A DNA stretch of 64,000 nt from an uncultured Lentisphaerales bacterium (GTDB taxonomy: Bacteria; Verrucomicrobiota; Lentisphaeria; JABSQK01; UBA12247): assembly GCA_943788985.1 (NCBI GenBank), contig CALSSJ010000031.1, positions 5,411 to 69,410 of the forward strand, given 5' to 3'. The notes below the pieces were generated by a model. It was not told where the DNA came from and did no database searches. It saw nothing but the letters and a program-made list of their open reading frames with translations. Each line of letters begins with the position of its first letter. The first letter of the stretch is position 1. This document shows, in pieces, positions 18,640-27,524 of this stretch. The translations under genes and the position numbers were made by a program.

Positions 18640-20382
18640 TTAAGCGACGCGATTAGCCTGCGCTGCGTTCGCGTCGCGGTGTTCGGCACAGAATGCGACC
18701 ACGTATGCCAACAGCGCTGTTGCAACGGGAATGCCGAACAGGTCGGCGGCAGCAACGCTGGAACCAACTGCCAGCATCACAGCGTAGCCAACGGCAACAA
18801 TCAGAACAGCGGCCGGAAGTGCGCGGCTAAGGGCCTCACGGGCAACGATGATTTCGCTAGCTGATGGCAGGCGACGGAGGCCGAAGACCAATAGAGTCAG
18901 GGAAAGAAGGATGATGCCCCACTCGCCCAGCGCTGGCACGGCCAGTATCAGATTTGCTAGAGTGGGCGCGTTGAAGTCGTTGTAGTTAAGGACCCAACCC
19001 GTCCCAATGATCTGCGTACCTGTGTCTACCGCGCTCGAGCCCTCAAGGTCGACGTTGAGTACGTCGGTGCCAGCGTCACCGTTGAACTCGATGAAGATGT
19101 TACCAAGTGCCGCGAGAGCTGTTTGCGTGACGGACACGTCATCGTTGCCGCTGCCCGCATTGATGATCAGGCTTCCAGTGGGATTGGTGAAGTCGATCCG
19201 TTCGAAGGTCGCCCCCGTGGCTTCTACACGAGTCTGGGTGCCAGCAGTCACGCTGCTGACCACGATACTCTGCGCAGCGCCAGTGTTGTCGTTGATGATT
19301 ACGTTGGTAACGGTCCCGTTGACCTCCGTGGGCTCGAGGCCGGTGAAAGTCAGCGTATTGCCGTCGAGAGCAACTGAACCGTCAGTCACATTGACCACTG
19401 AGTACGTCAGCGTATTGCCGTCAACATCGGTGAAATTCATGCTGTCGACACCGCCACCGCCACCGCCCGCCACGGTAAACTGCGGCATCACGCCACCAGC
19501 CAAGTCGAAATTGAACACGTCAGTGTCGTTACTGCCCTGAATGGTGACCGACTCGGCCGCGTCGACAAACGTGGCAACTTGGCCCCCGACAGAGATTCTG
19601 AAGTTCGGACCGACGCGAACGATTTCGAATACATCGTCGTTGCCATCCCCCGATAAATTGGGATCGACATCGCTTACCTCGACAACCCGGGATGTACTGA
19701 CCACCAGCTCGTCCAAATAAGTCGGGGCTGCAGCCGATGTGGCAATCTCAATCTCGGCGATCACGTTGTTGGTTTGCACCATGTTGAGCCATGGACCTGG
19801 CTGTGTTGCGCCCTTCGCAGTGGAGTAGCCATTTGCATCGCTGATCTCCGAACCATTTACCGACACCTTGTAGCGGTTGCCGTCGTAATTTGCAGTGACC
19901 ACCAGGTGAACCCATTCGAGATCTGCAATCACGGGGCTTGACGTCAGCTCGTACCAGGCACTGCCACCGTTGTCATACCAGACATTCACCTTCCCAGAGA
20001 GATCATCGACATAGACAGCGAGCTGGTCGCCAGGGGCACCTGTTGGTTGCACACCACTGCGAACGACTTGCACGAGCATCTCGGCAACCACTTCGTGGTC
20101 GGCCGTACCAGCCACGGTCAGCACTGCATCCTCTTCCACGGACAAAACTTGGGCATGCCCACCACTGAGAGGCGCAGTACCACCGCCGCCAAGATAGGAG
20201 GCCAATGAAGCAGGTGCCGCAACCACAGTCGCTGTGCCACCAGTCGTGCTGGTCCAATCACCTTCGTTGGCAATGTCGTAGTTGATCGCTTGCGATTCGA
20301 AATCCTCGTCAGCGGGGGGAGTGGCTGCAAGTGCGGTCGCTACGCTAAAGCAGGCAACGACGGAGAGTAGGAAATGTCTCAT
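18640..20382 (-). CDS. Secreted protein with an internal IPTL-CTERM-like sorting motif and extra C-terminal TM helices
   Basis: Signal peptide MRHFLLSVVACFSVATALAA. A lectin/LamG-like region (...WVHLVVTANYDGNRYKVSVNG...). A Thr/Val/Gly/Asn-rich beta-type region. Then ...AVPALGEWGIILLSLTLLVFGLRRL... followed by 75 more residues that are largely hydrophobic. Confidence 0.7.
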   Translation of the reverse strand: MRHFLLSVVACFSVATALAATPPADEDFESQAINYDIANEGDWTSTTGGTATVVAAPASLASYLGGGGTAPLSGGHAQVLSVEEDAVLTVAGTADHEVVAEMLVQVVRSGVQPTGAPGDQLAVYVDDLSGKVNVWYDNGGSAWYELTSSPVIADLEWVHLVVTANYDGNRYKVSVNGSEISDANGYSTAKGATQPGPWLNMVQTNNVIAEIEIATSAAAPTYLDELVVSTSRVVEVSDVDPNLSGDGNDDVFEIVRVGPNFRISVGGQVATFVDAAESVTIQGSNDTDVFNFDLAGGVMPQFTVAGGGGGGVDSMNFTDVDGNTLTYSVVNVTDGSVALDGNTLTFTGLEPTEVNGTVTNVIINDNTGAAQSIVVSSVTAGTQTRVEATGATFERIDFTNPTGSLIINAGSGNDDVSVTQTALAALGNIFIEFNGDAGTDVLNVDLEGSSAVDTGTQIIGTGWVLNYNDFNAPTLANLILAVPALGEWGIILLSLTLLVFGLRRLPSASEIIVAREALSRALPAAVLIVAVGYAVMLAVGSSVAAADLFGIPVATALLAYVVAFCAEHRDANAAQANRVA

Positions 20383-21157
20383 AAGTCTGACCTGTATCCG
20401 GAGTGTGGGGTTTTGAGCTGAATGGAAACTGTCACGGCCCGTACTTTACCCCAGTTGTGGGCCGCGACAATCGAGTTTCGCAAATTTCCAGATATTTGAT
20501 CGATTGCGCATGAAAATTGGCGCAGAACGCAGCCAGGCGCGATAATTACACGATCGAAGTCTAATTCCAAGATTGCTTCAAGCGAATGACAGCACGTACT
20601 TCAGTCGCGAACTTACGTCACAAACAGACGCGAAACCGCCATTCGGCCGTAGTTCCCAAGCGCGCGGTCGCCAGTCGGGCCATAAGCGGAACCGGCGAGT
20701 CGACAGGGTGGAAGATGAGGCCGGTAAGAATGAGCGTCCGGGCTTTTGATCGAAAAACACGGTCTCATTGACCGTCGGCATTCCCGCGATCGGCATCCCC
20801 GCCCCCAATAGCCGAATTTTATCCAAGCGTCTCATCCCGAAGTTCGGGGCGTTTGCGTCCCAATCCAGCCGCCCAAAAACCTTTCGTTTCGGGAAAATGG
20901 CTGCGATCCCCGCAAAAAGAGACGATGGAGGGTGTTGGGCGTAACAACGACCACCACCACCATTCTAAGCGACATAAAACCGCCGCGCAATGCCAGGGAC
21001 AGCGGGCCGGAACTGCCCCTCCCAAAAAAAACGCCATCCTAACGGCGGACAATGGTGGTCCAACACTCAGGTGACGCAAAGGCTACCTTAACACGGTAGT
21101 CTCTCACCCAGAGGTTCTCTCAGGTCTCTGTCATCAAAGCCAGCCCTGCCGCAGCGG

Positions 21158-22153
21158 TTACTCGTCGCTAAAGGCGGCGTCGAACGCCAGACCAGAGGGC
21201 GTAAAGTCGACCTGCTTGACAAAAGCACAGGCCTCGGTAGCGCCCTGCTCGCGATCCATGCCGCTGTCTTCCCATTCCACGGAGAGTGGTCCCCCGTAGC
21301 CAACGCGGTTGAGCGCGCGGATGATCTCTTCAAAATTCACTTTTCCCCGTCCAATCGAACGAAAGTCCCAGAAACGACGATTGTCGCCGAAAGACAAGTG
21401 GCCACCAAAGACACCAGCCTCGGTCGGAGTGTCACTCCACTGCACGTCCTTCATGTGCGCGTGGAAGATACGCTCGCCGAAGGTGTCAATGAACTTCACG
21501 TAGTCCACACCCTGATAGCCGAGATGGCTTGGGTCGTAATTGAAGCCGAAGGCAGGGTGCCCGTCCAGCGCATCAAGCGCCGTCTGCGCGCTGGCGATGT
21601 CGAAGGCGATCTCAGTCGGATGAACCTCCAGCCCGAAGCGGATGCCCAGGCTCTGAAACTGGTCCAGTACCGGCTTCCATAATTCTGCGAACTTCGCAAA
21701 ACCGTCCTCGATCATCTGCGGCGTCGTGGGCGGAAATGCGTAAAGCATGTGCCAGATTGGGCTGCCGGTAAATCCGTTCACGACATTCACCCCAAGGCGC
21801 TTGGCGGCTTCTGCCGTCGCCACCATTTCATCCGCAGCACGCTTACGCACACCATCAGGATCACCATCGCCCCAGACATACTGGGGCAAAATCGCCTTGT
21901 GCCGCTCATCAATGTTGTCTGCGACTGCCTGCCCCACAAGATGGGCAGAAATCGCGTGCAACTGCAGCCCGTGTCCCGCAAGCAATTCGCGACGTGCATC
22001 GCAATATGCCTGGTCTGCCTGGTCCACTTCGAAATGGTCTCCCCAGCAGGCGAGTTCCAATCCGTCATAGCCGAAGGACGCTGCCTTCTGGCACATGTCC
22101 GAAATTCTAAGGTCGGCCCATTGGCCGGTAAATAGTGTAACTGGGCGAGCCAT
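21158..22153 (-). CDS. Sugar phosphate isomerase/epimerase (xylose isomerase-like TIM barrel)
   Basis: The ATG at 22153 gives [15 protein letters not shown]...[15 protein letters not shown]...; also ...[12 protein letters not shown]... and ...HAHMKDV... A GGAGGT sits upstream of the start. It lies 18 nt downstream of its Gfo/Idh/MocA partner. Confidence 0.85.
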   Translation of the reverse strand: MARPVTLFTGQWADLRISDMCQKAASFGYDGLELACWGDHFEVDQADQAYCDARRELLAGHGLQLHAISAHLVGQAVADNIDERHKAILPQYVWGDGDPDGVRKRAADEMVATAEAAKRLGVNVVNGFTGSPIWHMLYAFPPTTPQMIEDGFAKFAELWKPVLDQFQSLGIRFGLEVHPTEIAFDIASAQTALDALDGHPAFGFNYDPSHLGYQGVDYVKFIDTFGERIFHAHMKDVQWSDTPTEAGVFGGHLSFGDNRRFWDFRSIGRGKVNFEEIIRALNRVGYGGPLSVEWEDSGMDREQGATEACAFVKQVDFTPSGLAFDAAFSDE

Positions 22154-22170
22154 GGTTACCTCCAGATGTT

Positions 22171-23337
22171 TCAGTCTTCGATTTTTGTCCAGGCAGCGCC
22201 CGCGGCTGCGGACTCCACGCATGCTTGAATAAAGGCCATGCCGCGCACGCCATCAGCCACGGTCGGGAAGTCCAGATCCAGCTCCGAAGCCGGCTTGCCG
22301 TCCAACTTGCTGCGCAGTGCTCGCGCGAAGTTCTTATATACGTTCGCGAACGCTTCGAGGTAGCCTTCTGGATGGCCTGCAGGTGTTCGGCATGCGCCCA
22401 GTGCTGCTGGCGAAAGCCGGTCTCCGTAATTGCCGCCAGCACGCAGGATCTGACGTGGCTGGTCGATGAACGTGCGGATAAGGGTATTTGGTTCTTCCTG
22501 TTTCCAGATTAGCCCGCCCGCCTCGCCGTACACACGGATGTTCAGCCCGTTCTCCTCATCAATCGAGATCTGACTGGCGGAAAGCGTCCCGCGGGCCCCA
22601 CCTTTGAAGCGCAGCAAGCAGTTCGCGTCGTCTTCCAGCTCTCGACTCCCGACGAAGGTGGTGAACTCAGCGCACACTTCATCAATCTCCAAGCCGGTGA
22701 TGTACTCGGCAAGGTTCTCTGCATGAGTACCAATGTCACCCACGCAGCAGGACGCGCCGGCACGCTTGGGATCCGTCCGCCACGCCGCCTGCTTCTGATC
22801 CTCCGCCTCCAACTGGGTCGCCAGCCAGCCTTGTGGATACTCTGCCACGACCTTCCGAATCTTTCCCAGTTGCCCGCTCTGCACCAGGTCGCGCGCCTGC
22901 TTGACCATGGGATAGCCAGTGTAATTGTGGGTCAGCGCAAACAGCAGACCTTTTTCCTGCACCAAGCCGCGAATCTCTCGCGCCTCGGCCAGGTCAAAGT
23001 TCATCGGCTTGTCCGAGACCACGTGAAATCCTGCCTCAAGCGCGGCCTTTTGCACCGGATAGTGCATGTAGTTTGGCGTGACGATGGATACGAAATCCAT
23101 TCGCTCGCCCAGTGGAAGCTCAGCTTCCTTCGCGAACATCTCGGCGTAAGAACCGTAAACCCGCTCTTCAGGCAGGTACCAGTCGGCACCGGATTGCTTG
23201 GATCTTTCTGGATCGGAGCTGAAGGCTCCACAGACCAGTTCGATTTCATTGTCAATTGCTGCTGCCATCCGGTGAACGGTGCCAATAAAAGCCCCTCGCC
23301 CCCCTCCGACCATGCCCATGCGCATCTTGCGAGCCAT
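22171..23337 (-). CDS. Gfo/Idh/MocA family oxidoreductase
   Basis: N-terminal Rossmann region [19 protein letters not shown]... and ...[29 protein letters not shown]... Length 388 aa. Confidence 0.88.
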   Translation of the reverse strand: MARKMRMGMVGGGRGAFIGTVHRMAAAIDNEIELVCGAFSSDPERSKQSGADWYLPEERVYGSYAEMFAKEAELPLGERMDFVSIVTPNYMHYPVQKAALEAGFHVVSDKPMNFDLAEAREIRGLVQEKGLLFALTHNYTGYPMVKQARDLVQSGQLGKIRKVVAEYPQGWLATQLEAEDQKQAAWRTDPKRAGASCCVGDIGTHAENLAEYITGLEIDEVCAEFTTFVGSRELEDDANCLLRFKGGARGTLSASQISIDEENGLNIRVYGEAGGLIWKQEEPNTLIRTFIDQPRQILRAGGNYGDRLSPAALGACRTPAGHPEGYLEAFANVYKNFARALRSKLDGKPASELDLDFPTVADGVRGMAFIQACVESAAAGAAWTKIED

Positions 23338-23405
23338 AGCTATGCTCCTTAAAGTTTTCTGTTCGCCTGCTGCGAAATCGGCGGTACTCTAGCACTATTT
23401 GGCGC

Positions 23406-24056
23406 ATGCGCACCCGCCCCAGCCTCACGAGCTCTCTGAGGAGCCCAAATCTCTTGCCATATGATCCAACTATTGCCGGTGTCGTCTTCGATTTCGACGG
23501 CACCTTGACCCAACCGGGTGCCTTGGACTTCCCGGCCATGCGCAAAGAAATCGGCTGCCCGCACGATGGCGACATCCTCGTCCATCTGCGCAACCTTCCG
23601 GCCAGCCAGCAAGCGAGAGCGGAGACCATCATCCAAGCCATGGAGATGACTGCAGCCGAGCGCTCGGTCCCCAATGAAGGAGCTGAGACCGTGATTCGTG
23701 AACTCCGCAAACGCGGCGTAAAACTGGCGATCCTGACGAGAAACTCTCGAGCTGCCTTTGACTGCGCACTGAAGCGATTTTCGAGGATTTCTGCTGCGGA
23801 CTTCGCAATTATCCTGACTCGGGATGAGGCCCGGCGCGACAAACCGCACCCTGACGGGGTTGTGCAGGCTGCTGTCGAGATGGGCGTGCCATGTGATAAA
23901 ATTGTGGTTGTCGGTGACTTTTCCTATGACATTGAGGCGGGGCACGCTGCTGGAGCCGCTACCGCCTTTCTTCCTCCCCTACCGTCGGCCACCACTCGCA
24001 TCGCCCCAACCGTGCGTCTCACCCGCCTGAATCAGCTACTGGATGTATTTTTCTAA
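23406..24056 (+). CDS. HAD-superfamily hydrolase (phosphoglycolate phosphatase-like)
   Basis: HAD motif I is VVFDFDGTLT, motif II is ...ILTRNS..., and motif III/IV is ...VVVGDFSYDIEAGHAAG... Confidence 0.8.
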   Translation: MRTRPSLTSSLRSPNLLPYDPTIAGVVFDFDGTLTQPGALDFPAMRKEIGCPHDGDILVHLRNLPASQQARAETIIQAMEMTAAERSVPNEGAETVIRELRKRGVKLAILTRNSRAAFDCALKRFSRISAADFAIILTRDEARRDKPHPDGVVQAAVEMGVPCDKIVVVGDFSYDIEAGHAAGAATAFLPPLPSATTRIAPTVRLTRLNQLLDVFF

Positions 24057-24128
24057 ATACTTTCGCTCGGGAGTTGCACCGGCGGCCGTCATTTCATACA
24101 AGGTATGCCATAAACCAAGGAGAGTGAT

Positions 24129-24629
24129 ATGGACCTAACTCACGTAGATGCCTCGAATCAGCCGCGTATGGTTGATGTCGGAGAAAAGACGGTCACCAGG
24201 CGTATGGCCCGCGCCCGCGCCGTCGTCCATCTCGGAGCAGAAATCATGGCAGGGCTACAGGGCGGTGATCTTCACGCTAAGAAAGGGCCAGTTTTTCAAA
24301 CCGCGATTATCGCCGGAACCATGGCAGCCAAGCGCACCTCCGAGGCCATCCCATTCTGCCATCTCCTGCCCCTAGAGCGCTGTAAAATCCAGATTCAACC
24401 GCTGGACGCGGAGTCAGTGGAGATTCTGTGCGAGACCGCTATCAGCCACAAGACGGGGGTTGAAATGGAGGCGCTACACGGAGCATCTGTGGCAGCACTG
24501 ACCATCTACGACATGTGCAAGGCACTTTCACTTACCATCGAGATTCGAGAGCTCTGTTTAGTGGCCAAAAATGGAGGCAGGCGCGATTATGAGCGGGCAC
24601 AAAAAACATCGTCCGCGGTTCCTATTTAA
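24129..24629 (+). CDS. moaC: Cyclic pyranopterin monophosphate synthase MoaC
   Basis: Reads MDLTHVDASNQPRMVDVGEKTVTRRMARARAVV..., ...IPFCHLLPL... and ...GVEMEALHGASVAALTIYDMCKA... Confidence 0.92.
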   Translation: MDLTHVDASNQPRMVDVGEKTVTRRMARARAVVHLGAEIMAGLQGGDLHAKKGPVFQTAIIAGTMAAKRTSEAIPFCHLLPLERCKIQIQPLDAESVEILCETAISHKTGVEMEALHGASVAALTIYDMCKALSLTIEIRELCLVAKNGGRRDYERAQKTSSAVPI

Positions 24630-25569
24630 CCCACTAGAAAGGCACATCAGCGGCCGTATTGAGCTGCTAACAGAGCTGATCGCCCAACTTTCCGCGCAGT
24701 GGCGGATCGGCGTTGCTGGTCCCGTACCTGTTCCAGGCGCTGAGTTCCTCAACATCGAGTCCCATCTCTGCTGGACGCAGACTCATCTGCGAGATTGCGA
24801 CTTCGCGCTGATCTACAGCACGACGGAGCAGAGCAACCTGCATATAGGGGAGTTGGGCGATGTGCCCCCGATAGCGGATCGCCTCGAGCGCTGGATTCAG
24901 CGGACTGTCAATGCCCGCCCACTTCACGGTTTAGTACTGGTCGGCGGGAAAAGCAGCCGCATGGGCGCAGACAAGGCCTCTCTGTGCTACCAAAACCACT
25001 CACAGGCAGCGGTGTGCACCAAGCTGCTGCAAACCTGCTGCGAGGAAGTGGCGCTCTCGGCCAGGCCCGGCCAGGCCGTGCCTGATGATGTCGTCCACCT
25101 GCCACGAGTAGATGACTGCTTCTTGGAGATGGGGCCATTAGGCGGAATCCTCAGCGCCCTCCATAGCGAGCCGAATGCAGCCTGGCTTGTCCTCGGCTGT
25201 GATCTTCCCCTAGTCTGCGGGGAAACATTGGACGCGCTGCTGGATGGCCGGAGACCAACCGCCGCTGCCACCGCTTTCAAGGCGGTCGACAGTGGCTTTC
25301 CCGAGCCACTCTGCGCCATCTATGAGCCCAAAATCATCTTCGACTTGTTACACGTAGTCGCGACCGGTAACTGCTGCCCACGCAAGGTGCTAGTCAATTG
25401 CCACCGTCAACTACTGGAGCAGGAGAGTCCGCTATGGCTGGCGAACGCCAATACCCCGGATGAAGCCAAGCGCCTGCAGGTGCATGTAGAGGCACAGCGC
25501 AAGCGGTCGTTAAAAGAAGGCTATTGCCGGGCAAGCTCACGCGCTCCACGGCACGAGACAGTCCCCTGA
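24589..25569 (+). CDS. MobA-like NTP transferase (molybdenum cofactor guanylyltransferase-like) with ~120-aa N-terminal extension
   Basis: ...LHGLVLVGGKSSRMGADKASL... is the MobA/NTP_transf_3 P-loop-like motif, with ...LVLGCDLPL... further on. The preceding ~120 aa is unassigned. The start is uncertain (ATG 24589 or 24571) and it overlaps the moaC 3' end. Confidence 0.65.
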   Translation: MSGHKKHRPRFLFNPLERHISGRIELLTELIAQLSAQWRIGVAGPVPVPGAEFLNIESHLCWTQTHLRDCDFALIYSTTEQSNLHIGELGDVPPIADRLERWIQRTVNARPLHGLVLVGGKSSRMGADKASLCYQNHSQAAVCTKLLQTCCEEVALSARPGQAVPDDVVHLPRVDDCFLEMGPLGGILSALHSEPNAAWLVLGCDLPLVCGETLDALLDGRRPTAAATAFKAVDSGFPEPLCAIYEPKIIFDLLHVVATGNCCPRKVLVNCHRQLLEQESPLWLANANTPDEAKRLQVHVEAQRKRSLKEGYCRASSRAPRHETVP

Positions 25570-25590
25570 ATCGCACAGCTCGCGACCAAT

Positions 25591-25926
25591 TCAGCGAACG
25601 CGATGCCGCTCTGGCTTGGCCTTCGCCGAGGGGCTGCTGTTTGCTAGCTGCATCTGGGCGAGAATCTGGACGAAACGATCCCGTGTCCGGCGCGTGGCTA
25701 CGCGAAGCAGCTTTTCTTCAGAAATGGTCGGCACGGCTTCCAACTCGCCCTCTTCCTTCATGTCCTGCGGTGAGGCATGACGAATCACAAACTCGCCAGC
25801 CTGTGCGAAGAGCGCAGTATCCGGCTGGCTCCCGAATCCCCCGCTAATCCCGACAGTCTCCGCCACAAAAGCCAGAAACTCCCCGAAAAGGTCGAAATTT
25901 GGAATGGACAAGTGGTCCGGGCCCAC
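25591..25926 (-). other. Coding-looking ORF in a different frame, overlapping the 3' tail of the kinase gene (separate small gene or frame-shifted kinase C-terminus)
   Basis: Reads ...GPDHLSIPNFDLFGEFLAFVAETVGISGGFGSQPDTALFAQAGEFVIRHASPQDMKEEGELEAVPTISEEKLLRVATRRTRDRFVQILAQMQL... and looks natural. The kinase-frame tail over the same DNA is Arg/Ser/Trp-rich. The frames meet at a G5 run (25927-25931). Confidence 0.35.
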
Positions 25927-27503
25927 GGGGGCCTGAGCAGATTTGCTTTCAGCAGCCGCGCAATCGCCAGCTCAATCTGCTCGCGCGAGATGCACAACGA
26001 ACTCGAGATCTCAAGAATGGTCTCCTGGGTCGGGATCGCGATAATATGGCACTCCGTGTACGCATCGAAACTTGGCGCCCCGTGCAGCAGGTAGATGTAG
26101 CGCAGTTGCTGTAAGATGTGGTACGAGCAATCCCCGCTCATCAGCGGGTGAATATTCGCGTTTGCCACACGCAGCCGCTCCGCAAGACAGTCGATAATCG
26201 TGCCAATCCAAGGTGGCAACTGGTCGAGCCCCTGCTTCAAAACCTCTTCGGTGATGACGAACACCTCGGTCTTTTGCAACGCCCGAATCGACGCAGATCG
26301 CGGGAAATCAGAAATCAGCGCCATCTCACCTATCACGTCTCCCTCGCCCAGCGTGATCAGGCGCACTTCCTTCCCGCGCATCATCTGGAAGACTTCGACT
26401 TCGCCGGAGATAATCACGTACGCCTCGCGGCCAATGTCTCCCTCGTGAATGACCATATCGCCAGGTTCGAAGAAGCGGCGGATGGATGTCGTATTCCCCG
26501 CCAACAACGCGTCAACATCCTCGCTCAACTCCTGCACCGTCTGGTAGCGTTCATCCTGATCGTAGGCCATGGCCTGCAGAATAATACGGCAGAGCTCAAG
26601 CGGCAACTCGCGTTCCGGCGCCTTCAGAGCCGGAGAGATGAAGTTGCCACTCTCCGCGTTCGCCAGAATTTCGTAGATATCGTCCCCGGTGAATGGCGTC
26701 GAGCAAGTCGCGAGCGCATACAAAGTCGCTCCCAGAAGAAAAATATCACTGCGCTCATCCAACTGCTCCGAAAGCCCCTTGGCCTGCTCGGGAGACATGA
26801 ATGCCGGCGTGCCCTTCACCACCCCATAGCGCGTTTTTGCCACATCCTCCGGATCGGTCTCCTCGCCCGCCTCAAAGCCTTCCTCTGCCTCGGTCTCTTT
26901 GGCCAGCCCCCAGTCCATCAACAGCACTTCGCCAAAGGCGCCGACCATGATGTTGTCCGGCTTGATATCACGGTGCAAAACCCGGTGCGAATGCGCAAAC
27001 GCTACGGCATCACAGACCTTGCGAAAAATCGTCAGCAGGCGGAATCGCGTGTATTGATCGTAGGCAGGATCCTCATCCCTGACTCCCTTGCAGATCTCTC
27101 CCAGCGAAACCCCGGACACATATTTCATGGAGAAGTAGAGCTTATCGTTGGCCATCACGCCCATGTCGTGGACGGGTACGATATTCGGATGCTCAAGCTT
27201 TCCGGTAATCTGTGCCTCGGCCACGAAACGCTCGAACAAAACGCTGTCCTCGGCTACGTGCGGCAGGATTACCTTCGTCACCAGTTCGCGCTTCAAGCAG
27301 CGGTCGTAGACGCGGTAGATCTCTCCCATTCCACCTTCCGCCAGCTTTTCCTGAACGTCGTATTTCTTGTCGTCTTGGTTTCTGGCGCGCAGTTTTGCAA
27401 AATATTTATGCCGAGCCCCCAGCCCAAGGCGAATGCCGCCTGTATGCAGGTCTTCTGTATCCTGCTGTTCGGAACAGGAGGATACGCGGGGGTCGTCTGT
27501 CAT
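25785..27503 (-). CDS. Ser/Thr protein kinase fused to a cyclic-nucleotide-binding domain and a Crp-like winged-helix-like tail
   Basis: Hanks kinase motifs: GGMGEIYRV, ...VTKV..., HRDIKPDNIMV, DWGLAK, ...GTPAFMSPEQ. The cNMP domain is ...FFEPGDMVIHEGDIGREAYVIISGEVEV...GEGDVIGEMALISDFPRSASIRA... This is followed by ...TQETILEISSSLCISREQIELAIARLLKANLL... The 3' end is uncertain. Confidence 0.88.
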   Translation of the reverse strand: MTDDPRVSSCSEQQDTEDLHTGGIRLGLGARHKYFAKLRARNQDDKKYDVQEKLAEGGMGEIYRVYDRCLKRELVTKVILPHVAEDSVLFERFVAEAQITGKLEHPNIVPVHDMGVMANDKLYFSMKYVSGVSLGEICKGVRDEDPAYDQYTRFRLLTIFRKVCDAVAFAHSHRVLHRDIKPDNIMVGAFGEVLLMDWGLAKETEAEEGFEAGEETDPEDVAKTRYGVVKGTPAFMSPEQAKGLSEQLDERSDIFLLGATLYALATCSTPFTGDDIYEILANAESGNFISPALKAPERELPLELCRIILQAMAYDQDERYQTVQELSEDVDALLAGNTTSIRRFFEPGDMVIHEGDIGREAYVIISGEVEVFQMMRGKEVRLITLGEGDVIGEMALISDFPRSASIRALQKTEVFVITEEVLKQGLDQLPPWIGTIIDCLAERLRVANANIHPLMSGDCSYHILQQLRYIYLLHGAPSFDAYTECHIIAIPTQETILEISSSLCISREQIELAIARLLKANLLRPPWARTTCPFQISTFSGSFWLLWRRLSGLAGDSGASRILRSSHRLASL

Positions 27504-27524
27504 GGAATCCTCACGCTAGATGGG

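Noticed and set aside
20620-20745. RNase P RNA (blocks resembling ACAGAAAGCAAACCGCC and GGGTGAAAGG...CGGTAAGAGCGCACC)
   Set aside because: The universally conserved P4 strands (GAGGAAAGTCCGGGC and ACAGAACCCGGCTTA) are absent on both strands, so a functional RNase P RNA cannot be claimed. The similarity may be chance in GC-rich DNA.
21020-21050. Rho-independent terminator for the TIM-barrel/oxidoreductase operon (T8 run in minus sense)
   Set aside because: Only a 4-5 bp stem (CGCC/GGCG) precedes the T run. That is too weak to call as a feature.
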